From positions 96,001-160,000 of the IMG/VR virus record IMGVR_UViG_3300013426_000017: a stretch of 64,000 nucleotides of DNA. One strand, written 5' to 3'. The DNA comes from a virus (lineage: Duplodnaviria > Caudoviricetes). Positions 21,144-31,640 of the stretch are shown here, piece after piece. How positions within the stretch are numbered: the stretch's first letter is position 1; the number at the start of each line of letters is the position of its first letter. Both the position numbers and the translations under genes were made by a program. The notes below the pieces were generated by a model. The model had not been told where the DNA came from, did not search any database, and was given only the letters and a program-made list of their open reading frames with translations.

Positions 21144-24100
21144 ATGACAGTTGAAAAACGAGATGGTTCATTAGTGCCATTTAGTAGTGATAAAATTATT
21201 AAAGCAATTGAAAAAGCATTTCTTGAAGTAGATGGTGAAATCTATGAACATGACACAGCTAAGGATATTGCATACGAAATTGGTAAAGAATTAATGAATC
21301 AATTATCGCCCATGTCTGTTGAAGATATACAAGATCGAGTAGAAGATTACTTGATGCGCTCTGAGAGACGAGATGTGGCGCGAGCCTATATTCGTTATAG
21401 ATATAAAAAAGAAATGCTACGACAATCTAATACTACTGACCAGTCTATTAAGGAACTGCTGGATGGTAATAGCGATTATTGGAATAATGAAAATTCAAAT
21501 AAAAACGCAAAACGCACTACCGTTCAACGTGATTACATGGCTGGTATTGTAAGCACTGATATTACCCGTAGATTTCTATTAGATCAAGATATAGTAGATG
21601 CACATGATGCAGGCATAATCCATTTCCACGATGCAGATTATTTCGCACAAAATGCAATTCATAACTGTTTTTCAAGAAATACTAAATTTATTACTAAAAA
21701 GGGCATGTGCTCTTTTAATGATTTTAAAGATGGAGATACTATTGAAGTTCTGTCAATTGATGGGAAGTATCATAAAGCAAAAGTAAGACAATATGGCCTA
21801 CAAACACTTTATAAATATACTTTTTACAATGGGAAAAAAGAATATACCCATGATGTAATAGCAACAGAAAATCATCGGTGGATTCTAAAAGATGGAAAAG
21901 AAACAACTTCTTTAAAAGAAGGAGATAAATTATGTAAAGCTCCCGCTATCTACTCACAAGAATTAGACTGGGACAAATTAACAGAAAATGAAAAGATGAT
22001 GTGGTGTAAAGGCTTTGGAATGGGTGACGGAACTAAAGAATATAATACCAATTCTACTAAAATCCGGTTGTGCGGAGAAAAAGATTTACAATTTATAAAG
22101 CGTTTTTCTATACCAGGATGCAGTATTAGAAATACTTATTTTACTAATGGCGATAAAGAAGTCGTGATTTATAATTATAAAAAAACCATACCAGAATTTA
22201 ATTCAATTAAAGAATTACAATGCTTTATTAATGGCTTATATTGTGCCGACGGACGAAAGAAAAAAATGGCAAATGGTAAATATAATTTTGGCTTACAATC
22301 TTCTTCTTTAGAAATAATTGAATTTTTAAGAAAAATGGCTGGAACGGCTGGTTTATATATTACTAGAGAAAATGATCGCACTGGTGAGATAACTAATTTT
22401 ACCTCAAAAGAAGGACGTCCTTACACAATTCTTTTTTCTTTTAATAATGATTTTTATTTTAATTATACCGTTTTGAAAAAAGAATATTATGGAGAAGATA
22501 TTGTTTGGTGCCTTGAAGTTGAGGATACACACAATTTTATTCTTGAATATGGAATACCAACTGGAAACTGCGAATTAATTAATCTTGAAGATATGTTGCA
22601 GAATGGAACAGTTGTTAATGGCGTAATGATTGAAAAGCCTCATAGATTATTAACAGCAACAACTATAGCTACTCAAATTATTGCAGCTGTGACATCCTCA
22701 TCCTATGGCGGCGCCACAATTTCATTGACTCATCTTGCCCCATTTGTTCGAGATAGTTATTATTATTATTGCCAAAAATATAATAAACGTGGCTGTTCAG
22801 CAGTCGATAGTTTAAAGTTCGCAAAAGAAGACTTGGCTAAAGAAATTTCTGACTCTGTGCAAACATTTAATTATCAAACCAATTCAATGACTAACACTAA
22901 TGGTCAAGCGCCCTTTCTCTCAGTATTTATGTATCTCAATGAAACAGATGAATACAAAGACGAATTAGCTATGTTAATTGAAGAATTTTTGAAACAGCGA
23001 ATTCAAGGATTTAAAAATGAAAAAGGCGTATATATTACACCAGCATTTCCTAAACTCCTCTATGTTCTTGAAGAAGATAACATCACATCTGATAGCAAGT
23101 ATTGGTATTTAACAGAATTAGCAGCCAAATGCACGGCTAAGCGTTTGGTGCCTGATTATATATCTGAAAAGATAATGAAACAACTCAAGGGTGGTGATGT
23201 ATATCCATGCATGGGTTGTAGAAGTTTTCTCACACCTGACCCTGTCGAGCATAAATACTATGGACGGTTGACTGCTTAGGGTTAAGCCGTCGTTAAATCG
23301 CGTGAACATATGAAAAAATGGTGTGGGCAATATGCCTGCTAACGGTGAAACCCAAGGGCAATACCGTGCCAAGTCTTATTATAATTACTAAAATAAAGGA
23401 GTTTTTATAATGAAAACTATATTTTTACAAAATAAAACATTTAAACAATTTAAAAAAACTAAATATTATTGTGATGATAATGGTACTATTTATTCCGATT
23501 ACTCACATAAAATATTAAAACCTATGACTAAAGGTAAAGAAAAGCCTTATTATTATATTGATATAAATTTTGGTGAAGGACAAAAGCACTATCCTATTCA
23601 TAAAATTGTTTATGAAACATGGATTGGCCCAGTAGAAAATGGATTAAGTGTTTTACACAAAGATGATAATAGTTTAAATAATAATATAAATAATTTATAT
23701 TTAGGAACTCAAAAAGAAAATATTCAAGATTGTATTGAAAATAATCATAGAGTAGGAAATATTTGGATTTTAACAATTTTTGACAAAGAAAAAAAAGAAA
23801 CTATTACATTTTGTCCAGCTAAAAAATTTATTGAATATAGTGGCCACTCCAATAAAAGTGGATGTTTAAATAAGTTTTTCAATAAAAATTGGTTTAAGCA
23901 AAGATATAAAATTATTGATTATTATAGATGTAAAAATTTAGTTGAAAAGAAAGGTGTAACGACTATGGATGATGAATGTAATCCAGTAGGGCAGAATTTA
24001 TCACTGCTCGAAGCGCGCGACACTTGTTTAAATATAAGTGAAGAGATAGTCTAATTTTGTTAACCAAGGCGTAGTCACAATTAATTTGGCTGATGTAGCA

Positions 24101-25959
24101 TTTAGCTCTCATGGTGATATGAATGAGTTTTGGCGTATTTATGATGAACGATTAGAATTATGCCATCGTGCATTGCAAGCACGTCATGATCGTTTATCTC
24201 ACGCAATAGCTGATGTATCTCCTATCCTGTGGCGTTATGGTGCTCTAGCTCGCTTACCTCAAGGCTCCAGCATACACGAATTACTACATCATAATTATTC
24301 TACCCTCTCTCTTGGCTATGCTGCATTATATGAATGCGTTAAATATATGACGGGTGAAAGTCACACTAAAGGTGGCAAAAAGTTTGGCCTAGCCGTTATG
24401 CAACATTTGAATGATGTCTGTGCCAAATGGCGACAAGAAGAAGACATTAGCTATAGTGTTTATGGAACACCAATAGAGTCAACAACCTATAAATTTGCTA
24501 AATGCTTGAAAAAGCGTTTTGGTGATGATATTTTTATTAAGCTAGATGGAAAAGATAGAAGCTACATAACCAATAGTTACCATGTCCCAGTATTTGAAGA
24601 AATAGATGCATTTACAAAACTTGCATTAGAGTCTGAATTTCAAGAGTTAAGTCCAGGTGGTTAAATTTCAATATAACTTAAAATAGCCACCTTGAAACTG
24701 TGTGAACGTAAGAAAAAACGGTGTTTAGATTATATAAATCTAAGCTAACGGGGGACACTTAATTGGAAATCCCGTGCCAAGCTTTATTATTTTATTTAAT
24801 AAAGAAGGTGTACAGACTAATTGTACTGATGATTTTATCACATCAGGAAGCGCACAGCTAATGAAGCGGAGGTATCCCGCTATTAGAAGATATAGTCGAA
24901 AGGAAAAAATATGTATAATTGTGAAATTTGTGGAAGAACAGTAAATAAAAAAATCCGTTTAGGCGGATACACTTTATGCTCGAAGCATATGCATCAGCTA
25001 TACTCTCATGGAAAATTCTTAGATAATTGTCCTAGAACCCAAAATGATTTAAATGAATATAGAATAGAATCGGACGTTGTTTATGGCGGACTATATGATG
25101 GTGTCACCTCAGAAAAAATTGATGAATTTATAATTGACTCTGAAGATTTACCAAAAGTGAAATATCATAAATGGAGATTTAGCCATGGACACATAGTAAC
25201 AGGTTTACCCGCACAAAAGACCCAGCGAGAATTAAGTTGGGTTGTTTTGGGGCTTGATAATCGTGTTGAGAAAGATATTGTTATAGACCATATAAACTGT
25301 AACCCCAAAGACAATCGCAAACAAAATTTAAGAATTTGTACACAAAGTGAAAACACTCGAAACAAATCTTTTATGAGTAATAACACCTCTAATTTTATCG
25401 GAGTATCATACCGAAAAGATAGAGATAGATACGATCCTGAAATTAGAAAAAGCTCTATTCGTTGTCATTTAGGATATACCAAAACACTTGAAGAGGCAGT
25501 TTATAAAAGATATTATGCAGAGCAACTTGTTTTCGGAGAATTTGCAAATCAAGCCGAACAGGATAAAAAACAAAAATTTACCGAAAATCTTCCAATAGAA
25601 ACTAAAGAGCAATTACAAACTATTGTTAAAGAAAAATTACAAGCAAAAAACCTTTGGCAATAAGTTATATTGAGACTTCTAACTTACAAAATAATATCGA
25701 GGCAGTAGAAGAAGTTATGAAATTTATTTATGACCATATCATGTATGCTGAGCTCAATACCAAAAGCGATTATTGTCAAGAGTGTGGATATGATGGCGAA
25801 ATTCTAATTGATAATAATATGGAATGGTATTGCCCCAATTGCGGAAATAGAAACCATGAAACCTTGAATGTGGCGCGACGCACCTGTGGCTACATCGGTT
25901 CTCAATTCTGGAACTATGGTCGCACAGAAGAAATAAAAGATAGGGTTCTTCATTTATGA
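21144..25959 (+). CDS. nrdD: Anaerobic (class III) ribonucleotide reductase; exons 21144-23268, 24060-24661, 25657-25959, plus intein
   Basis: ATP cone; IHFHD; MGCRS; splicing restores YYGR-FNQGVVTINL and SPGG-AISYIE; CQEC/CPNC; RRTCGYI glycyl-radical motif. Confidence 0.93.
21666..22568 (+). mobile_element. Intein (301 aa) in NrdD
   Basis: HN/CFSRNT...ATENHRW...VWCLEV...PTGN/CELINL; degenerate LAGLIDADG motifs. Confidence 0.88.
23269..24059 (+). mobile_element. Group I intron 1 of nrdD
   Basis: P1 GACGGT/GCCGTC with U.G pair; P10 GGTTAA/TTAACC; core GCTAACGGTGAAA, AATACCGTGCC, TAACGACTA, AAGAGATAGTC. Confidence 0.92.
23410..24054 (+). CDS. Intron-encoded HNH homing endonuclease whose C-terminus overlaps the ribozyme core
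   Basis: IHKIV...VLHKDDNSLNNNINNLYLGTQKEN. Confidence 0.85.
   Translation: MKTIFLQNKTFKQFKKTKYYCDDNGTIYSDYSHKILKPMTKGKEKPYYYIDINFGEGQKHYPIHKIVYETWIGPVENGLSVLHKDDNSLNNNINNLYLGTQKENIQDCIENNHRVGNIWILTIFDKEKKETITFCPAKKFIEYSGHSNKSGCLNKFFNKNWFKQRYKIIDYYRCKNLVEKKGVTTMDDECNPVGQNLSLLEARDTCLNISEEIV
24662..25656 (+). mobile_element. Group I intron 2 of nrdD
   Basis: P1 AGGTGGT/GCCACCT with U.G pair; core ends AAGATATAGTC at ~24898; 13-bp complement to the 3' exon; terminal G. Confidence 0.9.
24911..25663 (+). CDS. Intron-encoded HNH-AP2 homing endonuclease
   Basis: IDHINCNPKDNRKQNLRICTQSEN; AP2-like NTSNFIGVSY...HLGY...EEA. Confidence 0.88.
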   Translation: MYNCEICGRTVNKKIRLGGYTLCSKHMHQLYSHGKFLDNCPRTQNDLNEYRIESDVVYGGLYDGVTSEKIDEFIIDSEDLPKVKYHKWRFSHGHIVTGLPAQKTQRELSWVVLGLDNRVEKDIVIDHINCNPKDNRKQNLRICTQSENTRNKSFMSNNTSNFIGVSYRKDRDRYDPEIRKSSIRCHLGYTKTLEEAVYKRYYAEQLVFGEFANQAEQDKKQKFTENLPIETKEQLQTIVKEKLQAKNLWQ

Positions 25960-26468
25960 AATATGCAGGAATTGTAAAAAATGATACAGCGAATGCTCCA
26001 GGCGTCTGCGTATCATTCTACGCTCAAGGATGCGACCACCGGTGCTCGGGGTGTCATAACCCTGAGACTTGGGATTTCGAAGGCGGTAAGGAATTTACTC
26101 CCGATGTGTTAAAACAAATAGATAAAGCATTAGTCGCCAATGGCGTGCATCGTGATTTTTGTCTATTGGGCGGCGAACCACTACACGAGAAGAATTTAAT
26201 GCTATCATACCTATTAATTGAGCATATTCGCCAAATACATCCCGATGTAAAAATATATATTTGGTCTGGTTATTTATATGAAGATTTACTCGAAACAGCA
26301 AAAACCAACCATAAATTAAGATTCATATTAGATAATTCAGATTATTTAATAGATGGGCCATTTATCCTCGCAAAAAGGGATATAACCTTGTGGATGAGGG
26401 GCTCTCCCAATCAACGCATTTGGGATTTAAAAAATAAAAAAGAGATAAAGGAGAAAAATGAATTATGA
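25956..26468 (+). CDS. nrdG: Anaerobic RNR activase (radical SAM)
   Basis: CDHRCSGC; GGEPL; RGSPNQR. Confidence 0.93.
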   Translation: MKYAGIVKNDTANAPGVCVSFYAQGCDHRCSGCHNPETWDFEGGKEFTPDVLKQIDKALVANGVHRDFCLLGGEPLHEKNLMLSYLLIEHIRQIHPDVKIYIWSGYLYEDLLETAKTNHKLRFILDNSDYLIDGPFILAKRDITLWMRGSPNQRIWDLKNKKEIKEKNEL

Positions 26469-26806
26469 TAATTACATTGTGCGGCAGCACCAAATTCAAA
26501 GACTTATTTTTCGCAGTTGCCCGAGAATTGACCCTAGCTGGTAACATAGTTCTCATGCCGATGGTATTTCATCATGCCGATAATGATGAATTGACTGAAG
26601 AGCAAAAAATTCGTCTTGATAATTTGCACAAGCTCAAGATTAATATGAGTGATGCAATTTATGTTATTAATTACGGCGGCTATATTGGAAAGTCCACCTA
26701 CGGCGAAATCGACTGGGCTAGTAAGTTAAATAAACAAATATTTTTCTTGGAGAATGCAGAACAGACGCCAGTAGAAGGAGAGGCTAAGGAGGAAACTGAA
26801 GAATGA
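26465..26806 (+). CDS. Small NDT-fold/Rossmannoid protein
   Basis: ITLCGS...DAIYVIN..GYIG.ST..EI. Confidence 0.55.
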   Translation: MIITLCGSTKFKDLFFAVARELTLAGNIVLMPMVFHHADNDELTEEQKIRLDNLHKLKINMSDAIYVINYGGYIGKSTYGEIDWASKLNKQIFFLENAEQTPVEGEAKEETEE

Positions 26807-27321
26807 GAATTTATTTAGCCGGCCCCATATTTTTCTTGGGCGACAAATTTAGGAATGATTATTTTTATCAGAAACTAACTGAAGCTTTTCCTGATGCCGA
26901 TATTTATGACCCACTACAAAATACTGATATCAATGGGGTAGAAGGTAAAAAGAAATTTGCTGATTCCATAATGATTGCTCAAGCTGATAATGCTCGTCTT
27001 GATAACACTGATATACTTGTAGCTTGCATAGACGGCGATATAATTCCGTCAGGGACTAGCTCAGAGATCGGAAAGCTGCATGAGAAGATTCGTCATGGCG
27101 AAAAAAAGGCGTTAATTGGTATTTGCACAGATACAAGACAATGTTATTTAACTCATAGTGCCGAAAAAGATGCTGGAGGTTGCTCTCGTCTTGGTGAGCA
27201 GCAATATTCCTATCAAAATTTATATACCACTGGATTAATTAATGAAGTTGGTGTGCTTGTTTCTAATATTGATGATGCTATCGAAGCCATTAAGCAAGCC
27301 AGGAAGGAGCTTGGCATATGA
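26803..27321 (+). CDS. Nucleoside 2-deoxyribosyltransferase / nucleotide N-glycosidase family protein
   Basis: IYLAGPIF; AD...D.LVA.ID; GTSSEIG. Confidence 0.8.
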   Translation: MRIYLAGPIFFLGDKFRNDYFYQKLTEAFPDADIYDPLQNTDINGVEGKKKFADSIMIAQADNARLDNTDILVACIDGDIIPSGTSSEIGKLHEKIRHGEKKALIGICTDTRQCYLTHSAEKDAGGCSRLGEQQYSYQNLYTTGLINEVGVLVSNIDDAIEAIKQARKELGI

Positions 27322-28571
27322 TTTATAATATTAATGATAGACCACCAATAGGTAAAATGATAGCATTTGCTATTCAGATGCTATTGTCAATATTTGTGGC
27401 GACCACCCTCATTGCTCAAATATGTGGCGTCGCCACGTCTGGCGCGCTTGTAGGCGCCGGTCTCGCCACACTAATCTACCTCTTAGTGACTCGTGGACAA
27501 TCTCCCATGTTTATCTCGAATAGTGGGGCCTTTGTAGCGCCGGTTCTTCTAGCATTAGGCGCTGGTGGTTATACTGCTGTAGCAGTAGGTGGTTTAACTA
27601 CTTGTATTATTTATTGTCTATTCGGTTTTATATTTAGTCACACTTCGGTTGATAATATATATAAAGTCTTCCCCAAGTCTTTGATAGGCGCAATTACAGT
27701 AGTCATTGGTATTAACCTCATGCCTTTTATTCTTACTTATGTTCAAGTTGGTGGCGAGGTTAATATGTGGGGTGTTTCTGTAGCGATGATAACTATGTTG
27801 GCTACGGCTATTGTTTCTCATTATGCCAAGGGTCTTTGGAAAATACTCCCATTCCTTGTGGGTATATTAGTAGGCTATGTTTGCGCCATTATTCTTACAT
27901 TAACTGGTCTTTGTCCAATGGTTGATTTTAGTGTGTTTACTAACCTTTCATTGTTTAGCATGCCCAACTTTGCATTTACACTTATGCATCCTGTAGCTTG
28001 GTCGGTTCTCATCCCTGTTATTATAGTTTATATTGCATATACCATTAGTGCAATGATGGAATGTCTGAGTGATCATGCTGCTTTGGGTGGTATTATTGGC
28101 GTTGACCTCTATCGCAAGCCCGGCTTGAGCCGAATTTTCTGCGGCGAGGGCCTTGCTAACTTATTTAGCGCATGTGTAGGTGGCTTGGGTGCTTGTAGTT
28201 ATGGTGAATCTGTAGCATGTATTGGTTTCTCCAAGGTTGCTTCTGTATGGGTCACTGGCTTAGCTTCAATCTTTCTTATCATTCTTGGTTTCTTGGCGCC
28301 AGTGCAAGCCTTTATCGCCTCTATACCTAGCTGCGTATTCGCAGGTAGTGCAGTTATTTTGTATGGGTTCATAGCTTGTAGCGGCATAAAAATGTTGCAG
28401 CATGTTGATTTAAATATTCAAAAGAATTTAATTATTGTATCTGTTATTTTATCTCTTGGTATCAGCGGTATAGCAATTGGCGGCGCCACATTCTCACTTA
28501 GTGCCACTGCCCTTGCCCTTGTAGTTGGTATTATATTAAATTTTATTTTGCGTGATAATAAAAAAAGTTGA
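27318..28571 (+). CDS. NCS2 (UraA-like uracil/xanthine) nucleobase permease
   Basis: Polytopic 417-aa protein; IQMLL, SNSGAF, MEC.SD, YGE, LYGFIA.SG. Confidence 0.88.
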   Translation: MIYNINDRPPIGKMIAFAIQMLLSIFVATTLIAQICGVATSGALVGAGLATLIYLLVTRGQSPMFISNSGAFVAPVLLALGAGGYTAVAVGGLTTCIIYCLFGFIFSHTSVDNIYKVFPKSLIGAITVVIGINLMPFILTYVQVGGEVNMWGVSVAMITMLATAIVSHYAKGLWKILPFLVGILVGYVCAIILTLTGLCPMVDFSVFTNLSLFSMPNFAFTLMHPVAWSVLIPVIIVYIAYTISAMMECLSDHAALGGIIGVDLYRKPGLSRIFCGEGLANLFSACVGGLGACSYGESVACIGFSKVASVWVTGLASIFLIILGFLAPVQAFIASIPSCVFAGSAVILYGFIACSGIKMLQHVDLNIQKNLIIVSVILSLGISGIAIGGATFSLSATALALVVGIILNFILRDNKKS

Positions 28572-28619
28572 CGTAGAATAAAAAATATGATACAATAAAA
28601 TAAAAAAAGAGGTAAAGTA

Positions 28620-29129
28620 ATGATAACAGTTCCTAATAAGCAAGTCTTGTTTGCCTTACCCCGTGCCCCAAAAGACAATGAGCTTGCTGTGTGTGAAGAT
28701 ACACAGCAAGCCTATGTGGGCAAAGATGGCAAATGGGAACCAATGGATACCAAAAGCGAAGTAAAAGTTAATTTGTATGAAATTAATAAAACAGTAATGG
28801 CTCAAATGAAGCCATTAAATCTCAAACAGCGTCTTGAAGCGGCTGAAGTTATTAAAGAATTTTGTGGCGGCGCCACATCTGATAACTATTACATGTTGCT
28901 CTGCAAAGATTTAAATTATTATACAATATTTACAGTTAAGAATAACAACATAGGCTCAACTCCAATAGCGTCAACTGCTCTGAAGTGTGCTGAAGATATG
29001 GGCCAGATTGTTAGCGTAGAAAAAAATAATGATATGAATAGTATTGAAATTTGGATTAAAGATAAAGATGATGCATATTGTATGATATTTTTCGACTATA
29101 CAGCGGGCGTTGTTCCAGTAAAGGTGTGA
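28620..29129 (+). CDS. Hypothetical protein
   Basis: GAGGT RBS; upstream TTGACG-N17-TACAAT promoter at 28568-28596. Confidence 0.75.
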   Translation: MITVPNKQVLFALPRAPKDNELAVCEDTQQAYVGKDGKWEPMDTKSEVKVNLYEINKTVMAQMKPLNLKQRLEAAEVIKEFCGGATSDNYYMLLCKDLNYYTIFTVKNNNIGSTPIASTALKCAEDMGQIVSVEKNNDMNSIEIWIKDKDDAYCMIFFDYTAGVVPVKV

Positions 29130-29134
29130 ATAAA

Positions 29135-29395
29135 ATGAAAAAAATAATTTGTCATATTGAATTATGGGATACCTATCAGCATCCCATTCTCTTGGATTGT
29201 GGGCAGATTACTGAATTGCCAGAATGTTCACTTGACAAGTTAGATGAAGTATTAGCCTTGTATAGCAAGGAATATGATACAAATGCAATTGCCCTATATG
29301 GCGCAAGGGTATTTAATGAAAAGCTAGCTCATGATATTTATGAGTATGGCGCCACCCATTATGGAATAAATGATTTAGAAATAGAGGTAAATTAA
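29135..29395 (+). CDS. Hypothetical protein
   Basis: AAGGTG RBS favours ATG at 29135. Confidence 0.65.
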   Translation: MKKIICHIELWDTYQHPILLDCGQITELPECSLDKLDEVLALYSKEYDTNAIALYGARVFNEKLAHDIYEYGATHYGINDLEIEVN

Positions 29396-29658
29396 TGAAG
29401 CATCTAATTAAAGTCCAGGAAGTCTATCGTGTTAATACCGACGCAGAAGCCGAGGCATTGATTGCTGAGGCTAAGAATGATGATCGGTTTGTTCTTGTTA
29501 AATATAATTGCGAATCCAAAGAGGTAAAAGCTAAGGGTGAGATTATTGATGAATATATCCGTATTACCCTGAATAAAGTATTTACTGATGAAAAAATGCC
29601 TGATAGTAAGGTAAGTATTGATTATGTAATTGAGGAACCTAATTATGGCACGTTTTGA
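29395..29658 (+). CDS. Hypothetical protein
   Basis: GAGGT RBS; coupled stop/start. Confidence 0.7.
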   Translation: MKHLIKVQEVYRVNTDAEAEALIAEAKNDDRFVLVKYNCESKEVKAKGEIIDEYIRITLNKVFTDEKMPDSKVSIDYVIEEPNYGTF

Positions 29659-30184
29659 GAAAGTATCTAAATACGCAGATGTCGATCTCACGATGCCCAG
29701 CCGCGCTACTGAGTATTCAGCAGGATATGATTTGTATGTGGCGGAGGACACTATAATTCCCCCTATTAGCGAACATATTCATGCTATGAAAACTGCATCT
29801 GGTAATCCTGTTGGTCGAGTTCTCACGCTCGACCAAATGAAAGATATGACTAAGACCCTTGGCGCCAAGCCCACACTCGTTCCTACTGGAATGAAATGTA
29901 AACTTGAGAATAGAACATACTTGAAGCTTGTTCCTCGTAGTTCTACGCCCCTCAAGTATTGGTTGGTCATGGCGAATGGGGAAGGAATAATCGACGCCGA
30001 TTACTACAATAGTCCGGAGTCCGAGGGCGCCATATACCTGCAACTCATTAATCTTTCACCATTCCCTATCAAACTCCAGAAAGGTGATTGTGTGGCGCAG
30101 GGCATTATTTGTCCCTACGGCTTGACTGAAGATGATATGCATGGCGGCAAGCGTATGGGCGGACATGGGAGCACTACCACGTGA
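29645..30184 (+). CDS. dut: Trimeric dUTPase
   Basis: SAGYDL, VPTG, PRSS, GIIDADY, AQG, RMGGHGST. Confidence 0.93.
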   Translation: MARFEKVSKYADVDLTMPSRATEYSAGYDLYVAEDTIIPPISEHIHAMKTASGNPVGRVLTLDQMKDMTKTLGAKPTLVPTGMKCKLENRTYLKLVPRSSTPLKYWLVMANGEGIIDADYYNSPESEGAIYLQLINLSPFPIKLQKGDCVAQGIICPYGLTEDDMHGGKRMGGHGSTTT

Positions 30185-30663
30185 TTCTTTTAGCGTTAGA
30201 CCAAGCCTCATAGACATCTGGTTACGCAATATTTGATGAACAAGAATAGTTAATCACTAGTGGCGCATTTACAATATCTGGGCCATTAGAAAAACGATTA
30301 ATGAAAATACGATAGAAAATTTAGCAATTAATTACAAAATATAATATTACAGAAGTTGTATTAGAAGATATCCAAATGGAAAAGGGTGTAGGTAATAATG
30401 TAGTAACATTTAAAGCACTTGCTGAAGTAATTGGTGTTATTACAGAGTTACTTGCCGAATTAAAAATTCCATTCAAGATTATCCCCTCATCTACGTGGCG
30501 CAGTGGCCTTGGCATTAAGGGTAATTAGCGTTCGGTTTATAAGAAGAATGCCCAAATGTTTGTGGAAAAAAATTATTCCAAAGCCGCCACAGAAGATGAA
30601 TCTGATGCTATTTGTATTGGAACCCATTATATTAGAAATGAAAAAATGTCCTCGGCGTTCTGA
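30181..30663 (+). CDS. ruvC: RuvC-like Holliday junction resolvase, 160 aa, five TAG codons (missing from ORF track)
   Basis: LALDQAS(TAG)TSGYAIF...VVLEDI...TWR...EDESDAICIG; TAG at 30211, 30247, 30313, 30322, 30526. Confidence 0.88.
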
Positions 30664-30755
30664 CGCACGAGGACAATTTTAATTAATGTATAACAACAGA
30701 AAATCATAATATAATAGGAGCATACGAGTATTTCAGGAAAGGGGGAAATTAATCT

Positions 30756-31280
30756 ATGTTGGAATTTATAGCACAATACTGGCTGGAATTTGTATTAGGC
30801 ATCGTCGCTGCTGGACTAATTGGTCTAGCTAAATATTTTTGGGGCTTATTTAAAAAGCACATTAAAGAAACTCTTACAAATGAGATTAGCGCCATGACAA
30901 CTACTATACAAAAGTCCATGGAAGCTAATGATGAGAAACTGGGTATCCAAATCAATAAACTAGATCAAAAGATTACTGATTTGGAACAAAAGGCCACCCA
31001 AACGGCCGCCACAGAAAAAGGCTTGGATGATAGGCTCGACAAACTCGAAGAAGATCTTACAATTCTCAAGGATGGCGTTTTGTCCATCCAAAAACAACAA
31101 TTTATGGACGAATGCAAAACACTCATTAATTAGGAAACGCCAATTGAGTATGAACAATATGAAAAAATAACCAATGAGCATCGGGTATATAATGCACTTG
31201 GCGGAAACCATGATGGTGATGAGTTATATAAACTTGTATTTAATAAGTATAGCGGCCAGTTAGAACATACACAGAAATAA
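30756..31280 (+). CDS. Membrane-anchored coiled-coil protein (holin-associated type), 174 aa, one TAG
   Basis: N-terminal TM; read-through of TAG at 31131 adds the YNALGGNHDG motif. Confidence 0.65.
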
Positions 31281-31330
31281 AAAAATGGGGAACTAATACT
31301 GTGAATATTAGTTCCCCGATTTATTTTTTA
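31281..31330. terminator. Bidirectional terminator between the converging arms
   Basis: GGGGAACTAATA/TATTAGTTCCCC flanked by A- and T-runs. Confidence 0.8.
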
Positions 31331-31639
31331 TTCTGTCATACGAGTAAATATTTTATTAGTTGTATCTATGATTTCCTAACCATAAGTAGCAATAAGGTCT
31401 GCTAGTAATTCTTCTTGCTAGACATTTAATTCTACATTATAGCTAAACATCGCCGCGTGTGTTATTTCATGGCACAGCACTTTTTTCATGCGCTCTGGTG
31501 ATAAATTTTCATTGATATAAATTGTTTTCGACTCATCATCACATGAACCAATGGCTAATGTGCCATTACTACGGATTAATTTAGGATGAATAGTGGATGT
31601 TAATGCAATCATCCACTATTCACCATTTATCTTGAACAT
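31328..31639 (-). CDS. Small HExxH zinc-metallopeptidase-like protein, 103 aa, 3 TAG
   Basis: MFKINGE(TAG)W...KVLCHEITHA...EELLAD. Confidence 0.75.
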
Positions 31640-31640
31640 C

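Noticed and set aside
24662-25656. True IStron (group I intron fused to an IS200/605 element)
   Set aside because: The cargo ORF is HNH-AP2, with no TnpA/TnpB motifs; only the layout is similar.
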